DNA of 64,000 nt, taken from the NCBI RefSeq assembly GCF_046119375.1, contig NW_027362761.1:876742001-876806000 (forward strand), in the 5' to 3' direction. Position 1 is the stretch's first letter. Every line of letters begins with the position of its first letter. This stretch comes from Phyllobates terribilis (lineage: Eukaryota). Shown in pieces: positions 1 to 13,382 of the stretch. The position numbers and the translations under genes are program-made. The notes under the pieces are model-generated. The model had not been told where the DNA came from and did not search any database. It saw only the letters and a program-made list of their open reading frames with translations.

Positions 1-770
1 AGAAAGAAATTGTAAATGGGTGTGGATTGGGGTGTGGCCAGGGGCATGGCCAAAATTTGCAGCATGATCTATACCTCGTTCTCTTCTTCAAAAGTTGGGA
101 GGTATGCAACAGTGTTGTTGTTGCTGCATCTTTGGGTCTTGGTAATCTGCTATGGGCTCACTTTGTGAGGTGTATCCTCTAAACCGTGGTCCGGATGGGC
201 ACACGGATCACAAGCTTTGATGCAGCAGACAGGTAAGGCACGTGGGAAACGAAGACAAGAAGCATTGTAGGCCACAGGCAGACAAGACACAGGGAAACAA
301 GTATGGATCAGGTAGCAGAAGCACTGGAAGCTGCAGGCAGACAGGACACAGGAAAACTAGGAGTCTTAAAATCAGGTGTGTGCCTTGGTGGGCCTTATAT
401 ACATAGGCCTAGGCTGATAATCGCATGGGAGAACGCCGGGCCACTTGCAAAACCCGGTGTGAAGCACAGCAGAGACCAGCAGAAATAGAAAAAGGTGATG
501 AAGCCCTGATGAGCCTAGGGGCTATGGGTGCCATCACACAATGTTTGAGGGCTGTGGGGGCCATTATATTGCATAGCTCCCAACCATCCCAGATTCAGAG
601 GGACTGTCCTGCTGTCCCGGCAGGTCATGGGCTTTGTCACATCTTCCTCTCACTCTCCTCTCTCAGCGTCTTTTCTTCATCTCTCCATAGAGCCTCCTCC
701 TTGGAGATGGGTCTGACATCTCTCTGCACACACTTACATTAATTAAGCAATTCTCTTCTCTTGTCTCCTC

Positions 771-1560
771 GGGAATTGAAGTCTATCATTGCAGGCAGCA
801 GCTAAAACATTGAGCGGCAGCCTACATTGATCTGTAAAAGAAAATTTGGTATACTTCAAATTGCAGGCTATGAACTCACAGATTATACAGGTATTTAGAG
901 ATACATCTGTACATAGCAGTGTATTTCTATGTATCTGTATTCTAGAGGTGAAAAAAGTCAGAATTTTTTGTTCCTATCAGACTACTAAAATATAATGAAA
1001 AACAATTACTTCTTGAGATCAAGTCTTCCCAGGAATCAAACCCACAAAATACATCACTGCAGGCAGAAACTAAAACAATGAGCCACAGCTTACACTGACC
1101 ACGAGGGGAGAATTTTCTATACTTGCAGCTGCATAGCAGGCCCTGAGCCCACAGGCAGATGATACTGGTACATACAGATACATTGTATATAGTAGTGCAT
1201 TTCTATGTCCATGTATTCTATGAAGAAAATAAGAGTGAGATTTTTTTTCTTCTTATAACATTATTAAAATTTTATAAAAAAAAACAGTTACAAAAATGTA
1301 ATTTTCTTGTTATCTGGTCTCCCCAAGTTTATGAACCCACAACTTCTATCATCGCAGTAAGTAGATAAACCTATAAGCTACAGACTACACTGACATGTAT
1401 AAGATTTTCTATACTAGAAGCTGCATTGAAGGCAGATTATACTAGTACATAGAGATACATCTGTACATAGCAGTGTATTTCTATGTCCATTCTAGAGGGA
1501 AAATAAAAGTCAGATTTTTTTGTTCCTATAAAATTACTAGAAAATAATGAAAAATATTGC
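771..1560 (-). repeat. Degenerate ~275-bp tandem repeat (~3 copies) with tRNA-like A/B boxes
   Basis: Motif ttatac..gtacatagagataca recurs at ~886, ~1161 and ~1438. Reverse complement of 1031-1089 reads GCTGTGGCTCATTGTTTTAG...GCCTGCAG...GGGTTTGATTCCT (A-box-like and B-box-like). Confidence 0.55.
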
Positions 1561-1730
1561 AATAATGTCATTTTTAATGTGCTTTAAAAAATAAATATCA
1601 TAAATCAGCAAATAACAGATGTATTTGGTGTCCCTCTGATGTCATATAGTAAAGCTTACATGAAAATGATAAAGTTCTGGCTGCTATGACTATGAATGAA
1701 TGAGCAAAAAATAAATCCATAATTTCCAAC

Positions 1731-1896
1731 TAGAGATGAGCATGATGCACAAATGACGACACGTCAACCCGGACCACTCAATACTTGCACCTACGACGTC
1801 GGAAGGTAAGAGATTCCTAGGCCTCCCATCCAGTCTCTGGGTACCACTGGCTTGGACGCTAGACCAGAGTCCCGTGAATTGACCTGCTCAACTCTA
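1731..1896. mobile_element. hAT-type MITE (TAGAGATGAGC...GCTCAACTCTA)
   Basis: Termini resemble those of the hAT at 38751-47297. The 8-bp flanks do not match, so the TSD is degraded or absent. Confidence 0.4.
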
Positions 1897-2835
1897 GTCC
1901 TAAATGTCCCAGATACAGGATAGTCCCAAATTTGGGTCTATGCCCTGCAGTCTCGGGCATCTGCTGAATGTCCCTCACTACTACCGCCCCCTCTTTCATC
2001 TCCTCCTGCCAGGGTAGAAAGAAATGGTGAATGGGTGTGGCTAGTGACGTGGTCAATTCTTACTCTCTTTATGTTTTTCAAAAGTTGGAACGTATGATAT
2101 TGTATGGGCAGCATCACATTGTTTTAGGGAAAATCATGCTCTGTGGGGGTATTTGGGTTCATAATACTGTGTTGGGGCTGACTGGGGGTCTCGATGTGTG
2201 TAAGCGAACTGTTGGGGCACAAAGTGGACTGAGGGGCAATGTAGGGGCTTCACAATGTGTTTGGGGAACTGTAAAGACATGATACAGTGCATTCAAAACT
2301 GTAAGAGTTTCACATTGTGTTGGGGCACTGTGGGGTCAATGTATTATGTGGGAACATCATTCTCTATAGCGGTCATGAAAGGGGCATTGTAGTGGGTGGA
2401 AACACTAAAGGACTTTAATAGGGGCAGTAATACACATCACTCTCTGTATCTTTTGAAGTTGGGAGTTATGCCTTTCTGTGACTATGCCTAAGCATAGAAA
2501 CCCTGCCTATTGTTTGAAGGTAAGTATGTAGAAAGGTGCACTTACATGTTTGGCACAGTGCACAGAGCATCTGTATTTGGTTTAAACACTAATTCTGCGC
2601 TAACGACTCCCTTTAATGATGGAGCCAGTTTTGGCCTTCATAACCAAGCCCAATCAAACATGTTAGTATATATGGTAATAACTTTTGAATGCTTCTACAT
2701 ATCCATAGACTTTTGGTCACACACTATGTTTTATGTTATTGGCAAATTTAAGTTGATTCGTTTTGCATTTATTTATGAAAAGATCTCAAATTTGCCAAAA
2801 ATACAAAGAATTAGCTTTCAAACTTTGAAATTTTA

Positions 2836-3640
2836 AAGCCTTAACAACAAGAACCGTACATGTATGCCGCTTATTGGATGCGGAAGAATGGTGCGGGCTC
2901 AGGCTGAGTTGGCCCCATTCCTGGCAGATGATGGCTGGAACATTCAGCTATCATTAGCCTTTAACAGTTGCTAATAGAGCAGATTATTCTCTGACAGCGG
3001 AATTTACATTGCGTCACCCTGGGGACACGATGTTGTAACTGTCCATCGGAGCCCCTATGACGCGATTGATGGGCGCCGATGGATTGCCATGAACCCTGTG
3101 CCTGTCATGGTGCTGCTTCTATAAAGACAGCATATGGCTGGTGTTAATAGGAAATTGTGATTTTTCTATAAAAAGGAATATTGTGGTATTGCTTTGTATA
3201 GTATAAGCGATCAGACAAGGGCAGGTTGAAGCATCCTAAAGGGACTACAAAATGTGTATTTTTGGTTGCCGCAACCCTACAATAAGAAGTGATCAAAACA
3301 TTGTTTCATCCCCAAAATTGGATCAGCAAAAAAAAGTCAGATCTCAATGCAACAAACAAGCCCTCACAAAGTTTAATTTACAGAAAAATGAAAGCATTAT
3401 GGATCTCGGAAAATGGCGACACAAGCTATTTTTTTTCTACGAATTTCCATTTGTTTTCATTATTTAAATTTAAAAAAGTGATGTCAATTTGGTATCACCA
3501 TAATCATACTGACCTGGAGAATCATATTTTCAGGTCAATTTTACTGCACATAGCTTCTAAGAGTTATAGCTCTTAGAAGAAGTGGAGCAAAAAAAAAGCG
3601 CAGAAACAAAAAAATTGCCCGATCCTTAAAGAGATAAAGC
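2836..3640. mobile_element. Decayed non-autonomous TTAA/piggyBac-like element
   Basis: Internal sequence is homologous to 32769-33920 (e.g. ccccaaaat...aaacaagccctcac, aaaatggcgaca). Confidence 0.45.
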
Positions 3641-3962
3641 AAGTAAGCTATATCACACAAAAATTTTTAATATATAATATGTCTACTTTTAACCCCTTTA
3701 CCCCCCCAGGGTTGGTTTGCATGTTAATGACCAGGCCAATATTTACAATTCTGACCACTGTCACTTTATGAGGTAATTACTATGAAACGCTTCAACGGAT
3801 CCCACTGATTCTGAGCTTGTTTCTTCCTGACATATTGTACTTCATGATAGTGGTAAAATTTCTTCGTTATCACTTGCGTTTATTTGTGAAAAAAGTTGAA
3901 ATTTGGCAAAAATTTTGAAAATTTCAAAATTTCAATTTTTATTCCATTAAATCAGAGAGATA

Positions 3963-5587
3963 CAGTACAGACCAAAAGTTTGGACACACCTTCTCATTTA
4001 AAGATTTTTCTGTATTTTCATGACTATGAAAATTGTACATTCACACTGAAGGCATCAAAACTATGAATTAACACATGTGGAATTATTTAACAAAAAAGTG
4101 TGAAACAACTGAAAATATGTCTTATATTCTAGGTTCTTCAAAGTAGCCACCTTTTGCTTTGATGACTGCTTTGCACACTCTTGGCATTCTCTTGATGAGC
4201 TTCAAGAGGTAGTCACCGGAAATGGTCTTCCAACAATCTTGAAGGAGTTCCCAGAGATGCTTAGCAATTGTTGGCCCTTTTGCCTTCACTCTGCGGTCCA
4301 GCTCACCCCAAACCATCTCGATTGGGTTCAGGTCTGGTGACTGTGGAGGCCAGGTCATCTGGCGTAGCACCCTATCACTCTCCTTCTTGGTCAAATAGCC
4401 CTTACACAGCCTGGAGGTGTGTTTGGGGTCATTGTCCTGTTGAAAAATAAATGATGGTCCAACTAAACGCAAACCGGATGGAATAGCATGCCGCTGCAAG
4501 ATGCTGTGGTAGCCATGCTGGTTCAGTATACCTTCAATTTTGAATAAATCCCCAACAGTGTCACCAGCAAAACACCCTCACACCATCACACCTCCTCCTC
4601 CATGCTTCACGGTGGGAACCAGGCATGTAGAGTCCATCCGTTCACCTTTTCTGCATCGCACAAAGACACGGTGGTTGGAACCAAAGATCTCAAATTTGGA
4701 CTCATCAGACCAAAGCACAGATTTCAACTGGTCTAATGTCCATTCCTTGTGTTCTTTAGCCCAAACAAGTCTCTCCTGCTTGTTGCCTGTCCTTAGCAGT
4801 AGTTTCTTAGCAGCTATTTTACCATGAAGGCCTGCTGCACAAAGTCTCCTCTTAACAGTTGTTGTAGAGATGTGTCTGCTGCTAGAACTCTGTGTGGCAT
4901 TGACCTGGTCTCTAATCTGAGCTTCTGTTAACCTGCGATTTCTGAGGCTGGTGACTCGGATAAACTTATCCTCAGAAGCAGAGGTGACTCTTGGTCTTCC
5001 TTTCCTGGGGCGGTCCTCATGTGAGCCAGTTTCTTTGTAGCGCTTGATGGTTTTTGCAACTGCACTTGGGGACACTTTCAAAGTTCTCCCAATTTTTCGC
5101 ACTGACTGACCTTCATTTCTTAAAAGTAATGATGGCCACTCGTTTTTCTTTACTTAGCTGCTTTTTCTTGCCATAATACAAATTCTAACAGTCTATTCAG
5201 TAGGACTATCAGCTGTGTATCCACCTGACTTCTGCACAACACAACTGATGGTCCCAACCCCATTTATAAGGCAAGAAATCCCACTTATTAAACCTGACAG
5301 GGCACACCTGTGAAGTGAAAACCATTTCCGGTGACTACCTCTTGAAGCTCATCAAGAGAATGCCAAGAGTGTGCAAAGCAGTCATCAAAGCAAAAGGTGG
5401 TTACTTTGAAGAACCTAGAATATAAGACATATTTTCAGTTGTTTCACACTTTTTTGTTAAGTATATAATTCCACATGTGTTAATTCATAGTTTTGATGCC
5501 TTCAGTGTGAATGTACAATTTTCACAGTCATGAAAATACAGAAAATATTTAAATGAGAAGGTGTGTCCAAACTTTTGGTCTGTACTG
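3963..5587 (-). mobile_element. Tc1 family A copy 1, transposase pseudogene
   Basis: TA-CAGTACAGACCAAAAGTTTGG...CCAAACTTTTGGTCTGTACTG-TA with ~265-bp TIRs. ORFs 5102-4578 and 4499-4122 carry WSDESKFEIF, FQQDNDPKH and SPDLNPIE, and are broken by a TGA at 4578. Confidence 0.95.
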
Positions 5588-6720
5588 TATGTTATGCAAA
5601 ATAGTTAAAAAATAACATTTCCCACATGTCTACTTTACATCAGCACAATTTTGGAACCAAAAATTTTTTTTATTAGTGTGCTATAAGGGTTAAAAGCTGA
5701 TCAGCGATTTCTCATTTTTCCAACAAAATTTACAAAACCATTTTTTAGGGACCACATTACATTTGAAGTGATTTTGAGGGGCCTTTATAACAGAAATTAC
5801 CCAAAAGTAACACCATTCTAAAAACTGCACCCCTCAAGGTGTTCAAAACCACATTCAAGAAGTTTATTAACCCTTCACGTGCTTCACAGGAATTTTTGGA
5901 ATGGGGAAGAAAAAAATGAACATTTAACTTTTTTTCACAAAAATGTTACTTTAGACCCCAATTTTTTTATTTTTGCAAGGGTAACAGGAAAAAATGGACC
6001 CCAAAATTTGTTATGCAATTTCCCCTGAGCACGCAGATACCCCATACGTGGGGAAAAAACACTGTTTGGGCGCACGGCGGGGCTCAGAAGGGAAGGAGCG
6101 CCATTTGACTTTTTGAATGTAAAATTTGCTTGAATAATTAGCGGACACCATGTTGTGTTTAGAGAGCCCCTGATGTGCCTAACCAGTGGAAACCACCATA
6201 AGTGATACCATTTTGGAAATTAGACCCCTCAAGGAACTTATCTAGATGTGTGGTGAGCACCTTGAACCCCCAGGTGCTTCACAGAAGTTTATAACATGGA
6301 GCCGTGAAAATAAAATTTTCACATTTTTCCCACAAAAATGTTTTTCAGCCCCCAGTTTTGCATTTTTATAAGGGTAACAGGAGAAATTGCACCATGCAAC
6401 TTGTTGTGCAATCTCTCCTGAGTAAGCCTATACCCCATGTGTGGGGGAAAACCACTGATTGGGCATACGGCAGGGATTGGAAGGTAAGGAGCGCCATTTG
6501 ACTTTTTGAATGTAAAATTTGCTTGAATAATTAGCGAATGTGCCCCTGATGTGCCTAAACAGTGGAAAACCCCCACAAGTGACACCGTTTTGGAAACTAG
6601 ACCCCAGAGGGAACTTATCTAGATGTGTGGTGCTTAACCACCAGGTGCTTCACAGAAGTTTAGAACATGAAGCCGTGAAAATAAAAAAAATCGAACTTTT
6701 TCCACAAAAATTATGTTTTA

Positions 6721-6818
6721 GCCCCAACCCTAACCCTAGCCCAACCCTAACCTTAGCCTAACCCTAGCACAACCCTAACCCCAACCTTAATACATCCCTA
6801 ACCCTAGCACAACCCTAG
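6721..6818 (+). repeat. Degenerate telomere-like (CCCTAA/CCCTAG/CCCCAA)n tract
   Basis: ccccaaccctaaccctagcccaaccctaaccttagcctaaccctag..., inside the piggyBac-like element. Confidence 0.8.
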
Positions 6819-8338
6819 AGTTTATTTTTTTACACCATTCCTCGTGTAGTATAAGTGATTAGACGACTTTATTCTTCGGGTAGGTGCGATTACAGCAATA
6901 CCAGATTCATACATGATTTTTATGATTGACAGCTGTCACACACTAAAATACGCTTTTTTTGCAAAGACTAGTTTTTGCATCGCCATATTTTGAGAGCTAT
7001 AATTTTTCCATATTTTGGCCGACAGAGTCATGTGATGGCTTGTTTTTTGTGGGACAAGTTGACGTTTTTATTGGTACCATTTTTGGGCATGTGACATTTT
7101 TTGATCGCTTTCTATTCTGATTTTTGGGAGGCAGAATAAACAAAATTGGAATTGTTTTTTTGGGGGGTTTTATATGCCGTTCCGCGTGTGGTAAAATTGT
7201 TAAGGCAGCTTTATTCGTCAGGTCAGTAAGTTTACAGCAGTACCGCATTTATATAGTTTTTTATGTTTTAGCGCTTTTACACAATAAAAACTATTTTCTA
7301 GAAAAAATAATTTTTCTTCTTTTTTATTTTTCGGATAATGGAGCTGTATGGCGGCTTGTTTTTTGTGGGAGAAGATGACGTTTTCAGTGGTACCATTTTT
7401 ATTTACATTCGTCTTTTTGATCGCGTGTTATTCCATCTTTTGTTTGGCGGTATGATGATAAAGCATTGTTTTTTGCTTCGTTTTTTTTTTTTTTACTGTG
7501 TTCACTAAAGGGGTTAGTTAACTAGTGGGACAGTTTTATAGGTCAGGTTGTTTTCAGACGCGGCGATACCAAATATGTGTACTTTTATTGGTTTATATTT
7601 TTTTTCATAATAAATAAATATTATGGGTTCAATATATTTTTATTTTTTGGGGATTATTTTTTTCATTTTTTTTTTTGCTTTTTTTTTTCACTTTTCTACT
7701 TTTTTTTTTTTACTCTTACACATTGTCCCACTATGGGACTTTCACTTTTTGCAGCCTGATCGGCTACATGGCATAGCGAGCAGCAGCTCCCTTTTCATGC
7801 AGCCTGTCAGCGCTGAACACAGGGGAGACATTACTTTGGTCATGCACTGCACATGACCAACGTAATGTCCTGCCTCCTGGTGACCCGGATGTTGTCATGA
7901 CGACATCGGTTCATCATGATAACATCCGGAAGCCGCAGCAGGCATCGCTGGACGCCGGCAGGAGAGGTGAGTATAGCGATCACTTCCCCCCTTGCCACCG
8001 CAATGCTGCAATCGACTTCGATCGGTTAATGTGCAGGAAGCGGTGCGGTACCGCTCCCTGCACATAGCACCTGGTGTCAGCTGTGACAATCAGCCGACAC
8101 CCGGCGGCGATAGCCCCGCACCGCTTGAGTGCGGGCGCGATCGCAGCGCACGTAATAGTACGTAGCTGGCCTTATAGGCCCAGGACGCAGCTACGTACTA
8201 TTACTGACAAGGTCGTAAAGGGGTTAAAGGGTATAATTTTCAAATGTTGTTTTACTTTGTTAGGATGTTAGAGGGTTTAATAATTTAGCAGGAATTCATT
8301 TTTTTACAGAAAACTTACAAAACATATCTTTTAAAGAC

Positions 8339-11300
8339 TGTGGCAGATCGGCTCACTCAGCTGCACATGGAGGTAGATTAAGGAACACTGTCTCTTTAAA
8401 TATTTTGTTGGTTTATTAAAAAATACTGTATAGCATAGTCCTTATGTCCGCGGGAAACCGGCAGGTCAGGGTTTAGCACAACACACAGTTCAGGTTATAC
8501 AAACACAAGCTCCTTTCTTTGGAGCTAGCCTCTCCAGATACACTGAACACTACATAATTCAACAGGCTGTCTTTTTTGTATCCCAGACCACACCCCACGG
8601 TGGAGATATGTTGAAAAGCCTCCCAACCGCTCTACAGCTGTTCACATAAAACCTAGCCCATTAAAAATGGCCGATTAACCCCTCTTAGTGCTTAGTGTGC
8701 TGGAGCAAACTTTTAGGTTTCAAATCACTGAAGCTAATAGCCTCAGTGAAACATATCTGCCCTCCAGTACTTTGCCAGTGACTTTGTGACATATCAGATA
8801 CCTCAGCCCAAAGCAGGGGGTTTTGGCACCTTCCGTTACCAAACAGGGAAGTCTAGACAGGGCATCTGCATTACCATGTAGCTTCCCTGGCCTGTGCTCC
8901 ACATGAAAACTATAGTTCTGGAGAGCTAGAAACCACCTAGTCACCCGGGCATTCTTCCCCTTTCTTTCCTTCATCCAACTTAGGGGTGCATGATCTGACA
9001 TTAGCCTGATTTTCCGGCCCAATAGGTAGTACCTCAGAGTGTCAATTGCCCACTTGATGGCCAGGCACTGTTTTTTCCATGAAGGCGTCGTTTTTCCTCA
9101 CATTTAGAGTTTTGTGCTCAAGCACAGGATGAGATGTTCCTCCCCATTTACTTCTTGGGACATCATGGCTCCCAACCCGACCTCGGAGGCGTTTGTCTGG
9201 ACCACAAAGTCTTTACTGAAGTCCGGTGCGATCAAGACCGTCTGCTTACACAGAGCGATCTTCAATTCCAACTTCTTCAGCACCTGTTTCTTGGAGACCG
9301 GTTGCGGCCAATTCTAGATTGCCTCTACCTTATTCACTTGCGGCTTGATTTCGCCCCTTCCGACTACATAGCCCAAGTATTTCGCCTCTTCTATTCCCTA
9401 TCGCGCACTTTGGGTTTATAGTAAACCCTGCCTTCCTCAGTGCATCTAGTATCGCCTGGACCTTCTGCAGGTGACTTCCCCAGTCTGGGCTTTAGATCCC
9501 AATGTCATCCAGATAAGCTGCGGCATACTTTTTGTGAGAGACCAGGATCCGGTCCATGGACCTCTAGAAGGTAGCTAGGGCTCTCTGCAGACCAAACGGC
9601 ATCCTTGTGTAATGAAAGCAACAGTCAGGTGTGGAGAAGGCAATCTTCTTCTTGGCACTTGGACATAGGAGAATTTGCCAATACCCTTTTGTTAGGTCCA
9701 GGGTGGTGATGTATCTAGCTGGACCTAGCCTCTCAGTGAGTTCACCCACGCGGGCATCGGATACGTGTCAAACTTGGAAACCTCATTTAGCTTCCTGTAA
9801 TCATTGCAAAAGCGCCATTCTTCATCAGGCTTTGGCACCAGGACAGTGGGGCTGGACCAGCCGCTCTTAGATTCCTCAGTGACGCCCAGGCTAAACATTT
9901 TCCTCACTTCCTTTGAGATTACTTCACGGTGTGCTTCAGGACTCCGATATGGCTTGAGGTTCACCCGTACATGTGATTCCGTTAGGATTTCATTCTCCAC
10001 AACCTGCATATATCCTGGCAACTTCGAAAACAGGTCCCGGTGAAGCTTTTTTTCAGCACTGTTGCTTCTGAGCTGGTGACAGTGTCTCGGCCACTGAGAC
10101 ATCCTTGATCCTAGCTTCAGGATTGGCCCCCAGACACGTAGCTTCCACCATTTCCCTGCCTCGCCACAGTTTAAGCAGGTTGATGTGGTATATACCTGGT
10201 ACGGCTTTTTTCTTCCTGGCTGGTGGACCTTGTAGTTGACATCACTCAACTTTTCGACCACCTCATATGGCCCTTGCCACTTGGCCAGAAATTCACTTTC
10301 CACCGTGGGAACCAACACCAATACCCGGTCTCCAGGACTGAACTGTCTCAACCTTGCGGCCCGATTGTAGACCCTTGCCTGGGCCTATTGTGCTTGAAGG
10401 AGGCTCTCCTTCACAATTGGCATCACCCTCGCGATCCAGTCCTGCATCTGGGCCACATGCTCGAATTATGATCTGGTGGGGTGTAACCTCTTCTTTCCAG
10501 GTCTCCTTCGCAATATCCAGAAGTCCCCGAGGGTGCAGTCCGTATAGCAACTTGAAAGGTAAGAATCCCATACAGGCCTGGGGGACTTCCCTAATGGAGA
10601 ACAGCAGGTATGACAGCAAGCAATCCCAGTCTCGCCCATCCTTCTCCACGACCTTCTTCAGCATGGATTTCAAGGTCTTATTGAATCTCTCCACCAGTCC
10701 GTCTATCTGCGAATGGCACACCGATGTCCGGAGTTGTGTAATCTGGAGAGCCTTACACAACTCCCTCATTACCTTAGACATTAAAGGAGTTTCCTGGTCC
10801 GTCAGGATCTCCTTTGGCAGGCCCGTCCGGTAGAGAATATGAACTAGCTCTCGGGCTATACTCCTGGCGGAGGAGTTTCTCAGTGGTACTGCCTCAGGGT
10901 ACCGAGTTGCATAGTCCAACACCACCAGGATGTATTGGTGCCCCCTGGCGGACTTAACCAATGACCCGACAAGGACCATGCAAGCCTGTTAAAAGGGACC
11001 TGTATAATAGGCAATGGCACTAGGAGACTTTGGAAGTGAGATACAAAAGCAGCTAGCTGACAGGTAGGGCAGGAGCGGCAGTAGTTAACAATCTCTCTGT
11101 GACATACAGGCCAGTTGAACCTCTGAAGGACTCACTCTCAAGTTTTGTCTACTCCCAGATGCCCACTCAAGACATGAGAATTGGCCAAGTCTAATACCCT
11201 ACACCTACAGGGACCCGGTACTAACAACTGCTCTATCACTTCCTCTCTTAGTTTAGTGACCTGATACATCAGCTCCTCATTTAGAGCAAAATGTGGAAAC

Positions 11301-13382
11301 CTGGTGTCTGTCCCCGGCTCTTGAGCTACTCCATTTATTACCATCAGATTGTCAAATGCACCTTTTAACGAAAAATCCTGAATTTGAGCAGTTCCAAAAT
11401 TTCCCCCAAGAAACCCCCCACTCAGGCATCTTGGCCTCATTGGTCCCCGTCTTGTCCTCGTCCCCAGCAAGGACACACAGGGTAAATTCATCCGCTTCCG
11501 ACTGCAATGGGGATTCCTGCCTGTTGAATCGGCTCCTGTCTGAGTCATTCAGTACCCCAGCCTTCCACCATAAGTCCCAAAACAAACTAAAATCCTGCCT
11601 AATTATCACCGGGTGCAGCAGGTCCTTAACCACTCCAACCTCATGGGACTTAGCCCCACAGTTTGTTTTTATATTCACTCTAGCCACGGGGCAGTCCTTG
11701 GTGTCCCCGTGAATACAACGGATGCCCACATGTTTTCCAGGGATAAACTGGTGGGGGGAGTGTGGCCCTTACCAGGGTCAGTCCAGACAACAGTACCCCA
11801 TTTATTATTACGGGACATTCCTGCAGCCCCTAACTGGGTGGACAGTTCACACTGCAGGCCTGATATGCATAGTAACAACAGCGTTGTCCCAGGCTACAGT
11901 CCATTAGCATGGAGGTCAGGGGGCAACACATGGCTATATGGCCTGGGCCGTGACATTTCCAGCATATAATATCGCCAGCAGGGACCTTTGTCATTACCTC
12001 CCCTGCTACTTTGGATCTTGGACTCTCTACCCCCTTTTGGGCCTCCGCCCCCTGTTGGGACCCCCAGTATGTTGTGGGCTGCTTTCTCAAGGAACCCTCT
12101 ACCCCCTGATACCTCTCAACCAGTCCGATCAGTACATTGGCGTTCCGGGGATCACCCTGGACAACCCAAGTCTGTATCTGCCATGGAAGGGAATGCACGA
12201 GCCGGTCCATCACCAATCGCTCTACCATCTGCTTAGAGGTAAAGGACTCTGGCTGCAACCATTTTTGTCCCAGATGCAGTAGGTCAAACATATGGGAGCG
12301 AGGGGGTTTCTCACAGTGATATGCCCAGCGGTGGACCTGCTGCGTCTTGACAGTCATCGTCACGCCAAAATTTAAGCTTTTAGTTTGCCATATTCCTTGG
12401 CATCTTGCAAGGCCAAGTCATAGTAGGCCTTCTGGGGTTCCCCCGACAAGTATGGTGCCAGCACCTCTGCCCATTACTCTGGCGGAAGTTTCTCCCTCTC
12501 AGCGACCCTTTAAAACACGGTCAAAAAGGCCTATATGTCGTTCCCCAGGGTCATATTCTGCAGGGCTCTCTTACCACCTTCCGGATGGAAAACTTGTCCA
12601 CGGACCTTGGAGTTGGAGCTGTCGCCTTGCCACGAACCGCTTCAGTGAGCAACTTGATCTGTTGCTGCTGCTGTTGTCGGTGCTGGTCCTGTTGCTGCTG
12701 GATCTGCTGCATAAGCAGCTTACTGGTTTCCTGTTGCGCCAGTTGCTGCTGTAACAGTTGCTGGTGCTGCTGTTGCTGCTGTGCTTGAACCAGATGTTTA
12801 AGCAGGTCCTCCATTTTGTTTAACGTCACTTGCTGGCTTTTGGCCGGCTTCTCCCAGGACATGCAGTACCTCTTGTAGCAGTCACACGTGTTCGCTGGGA
12901 ACTCTGTCCGCACTTCTCCACCACCTGTGGTAGATCGACTCATTCGGCTGCACATGGAGGTAGATTCAGGAACACTGTCTCTTTAAATATTTTGGTGGTT
13001 TATTAAAAAATGACATAAACCAACATAAAGTTCATCAAATCAAACACGGCCCTTCTAGCATAACGGCAAAACAAAAATAACTGTACATCATAGTCCATAC
13101 ATCCGCGGAAATCCGGAAGCTCAGAGTTTAGCCCAACACATGGTTCAGGTTATACAAACACAAACTCCTCTCTCTGGAGCTAGCCTCTCCAGATACACTG
13201 AACACCACATGATTCAACAGGCCGGCTTTGTTGTATTCCAGACCACACCCCAGGATGGAGATATGGTGAAAAGCCTCTCACCTGCTCTACGGCTGTTCAC
13301 ATAAAACCTAGCCCATTTAAAATGGCCGATTAACTCCTCTCAGTGCTTAGTGTGCTGGAGCAAACTTCTATGTTTCAAATCA
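8339..13382 (-). mobile_element. Gmr1-like Gypsy LTR retrotransposon, frameshifted
   Basis: LTRs at 8339-8791 (TG..CA) and 12926-13382 (truncated). PBS-like TGGTGGAGAAGTGCGG at 12923-12908 (tRNA-Ala-like). Minus-strand order: gag (12814 on, polyQ, SCAN-like, CWKCHGPGHIAMCC), protease remnant, integrase (YATRYPEA..TDQ..VERFNKTLK, 10979-10293), RT (KPYR..WSSP..FCNDYRKLN..LDLTKGYWQ), RNase H (to 8720). Confidence 0.92.

Larger units (their letters stand above)
3693..8223. mobile_element. Non-autonomous piggyBac-like element hosting a Tc1 insertion
   Basis: TTAA (3689-92) CCCCTTTAC ... GTAAAGGGG TTAA (8224-27): 9-bp perfect TIR and TTAA TSD. No transposase. Has internal direct sub-repeats at ~5760-6700. 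Confidence 0.8.

Noticed and set aside
500-530. CTGATGA-GCC-TAGG-GGC hammerhead-like start
   Set aside because: The required GAAA after stem II is absent.
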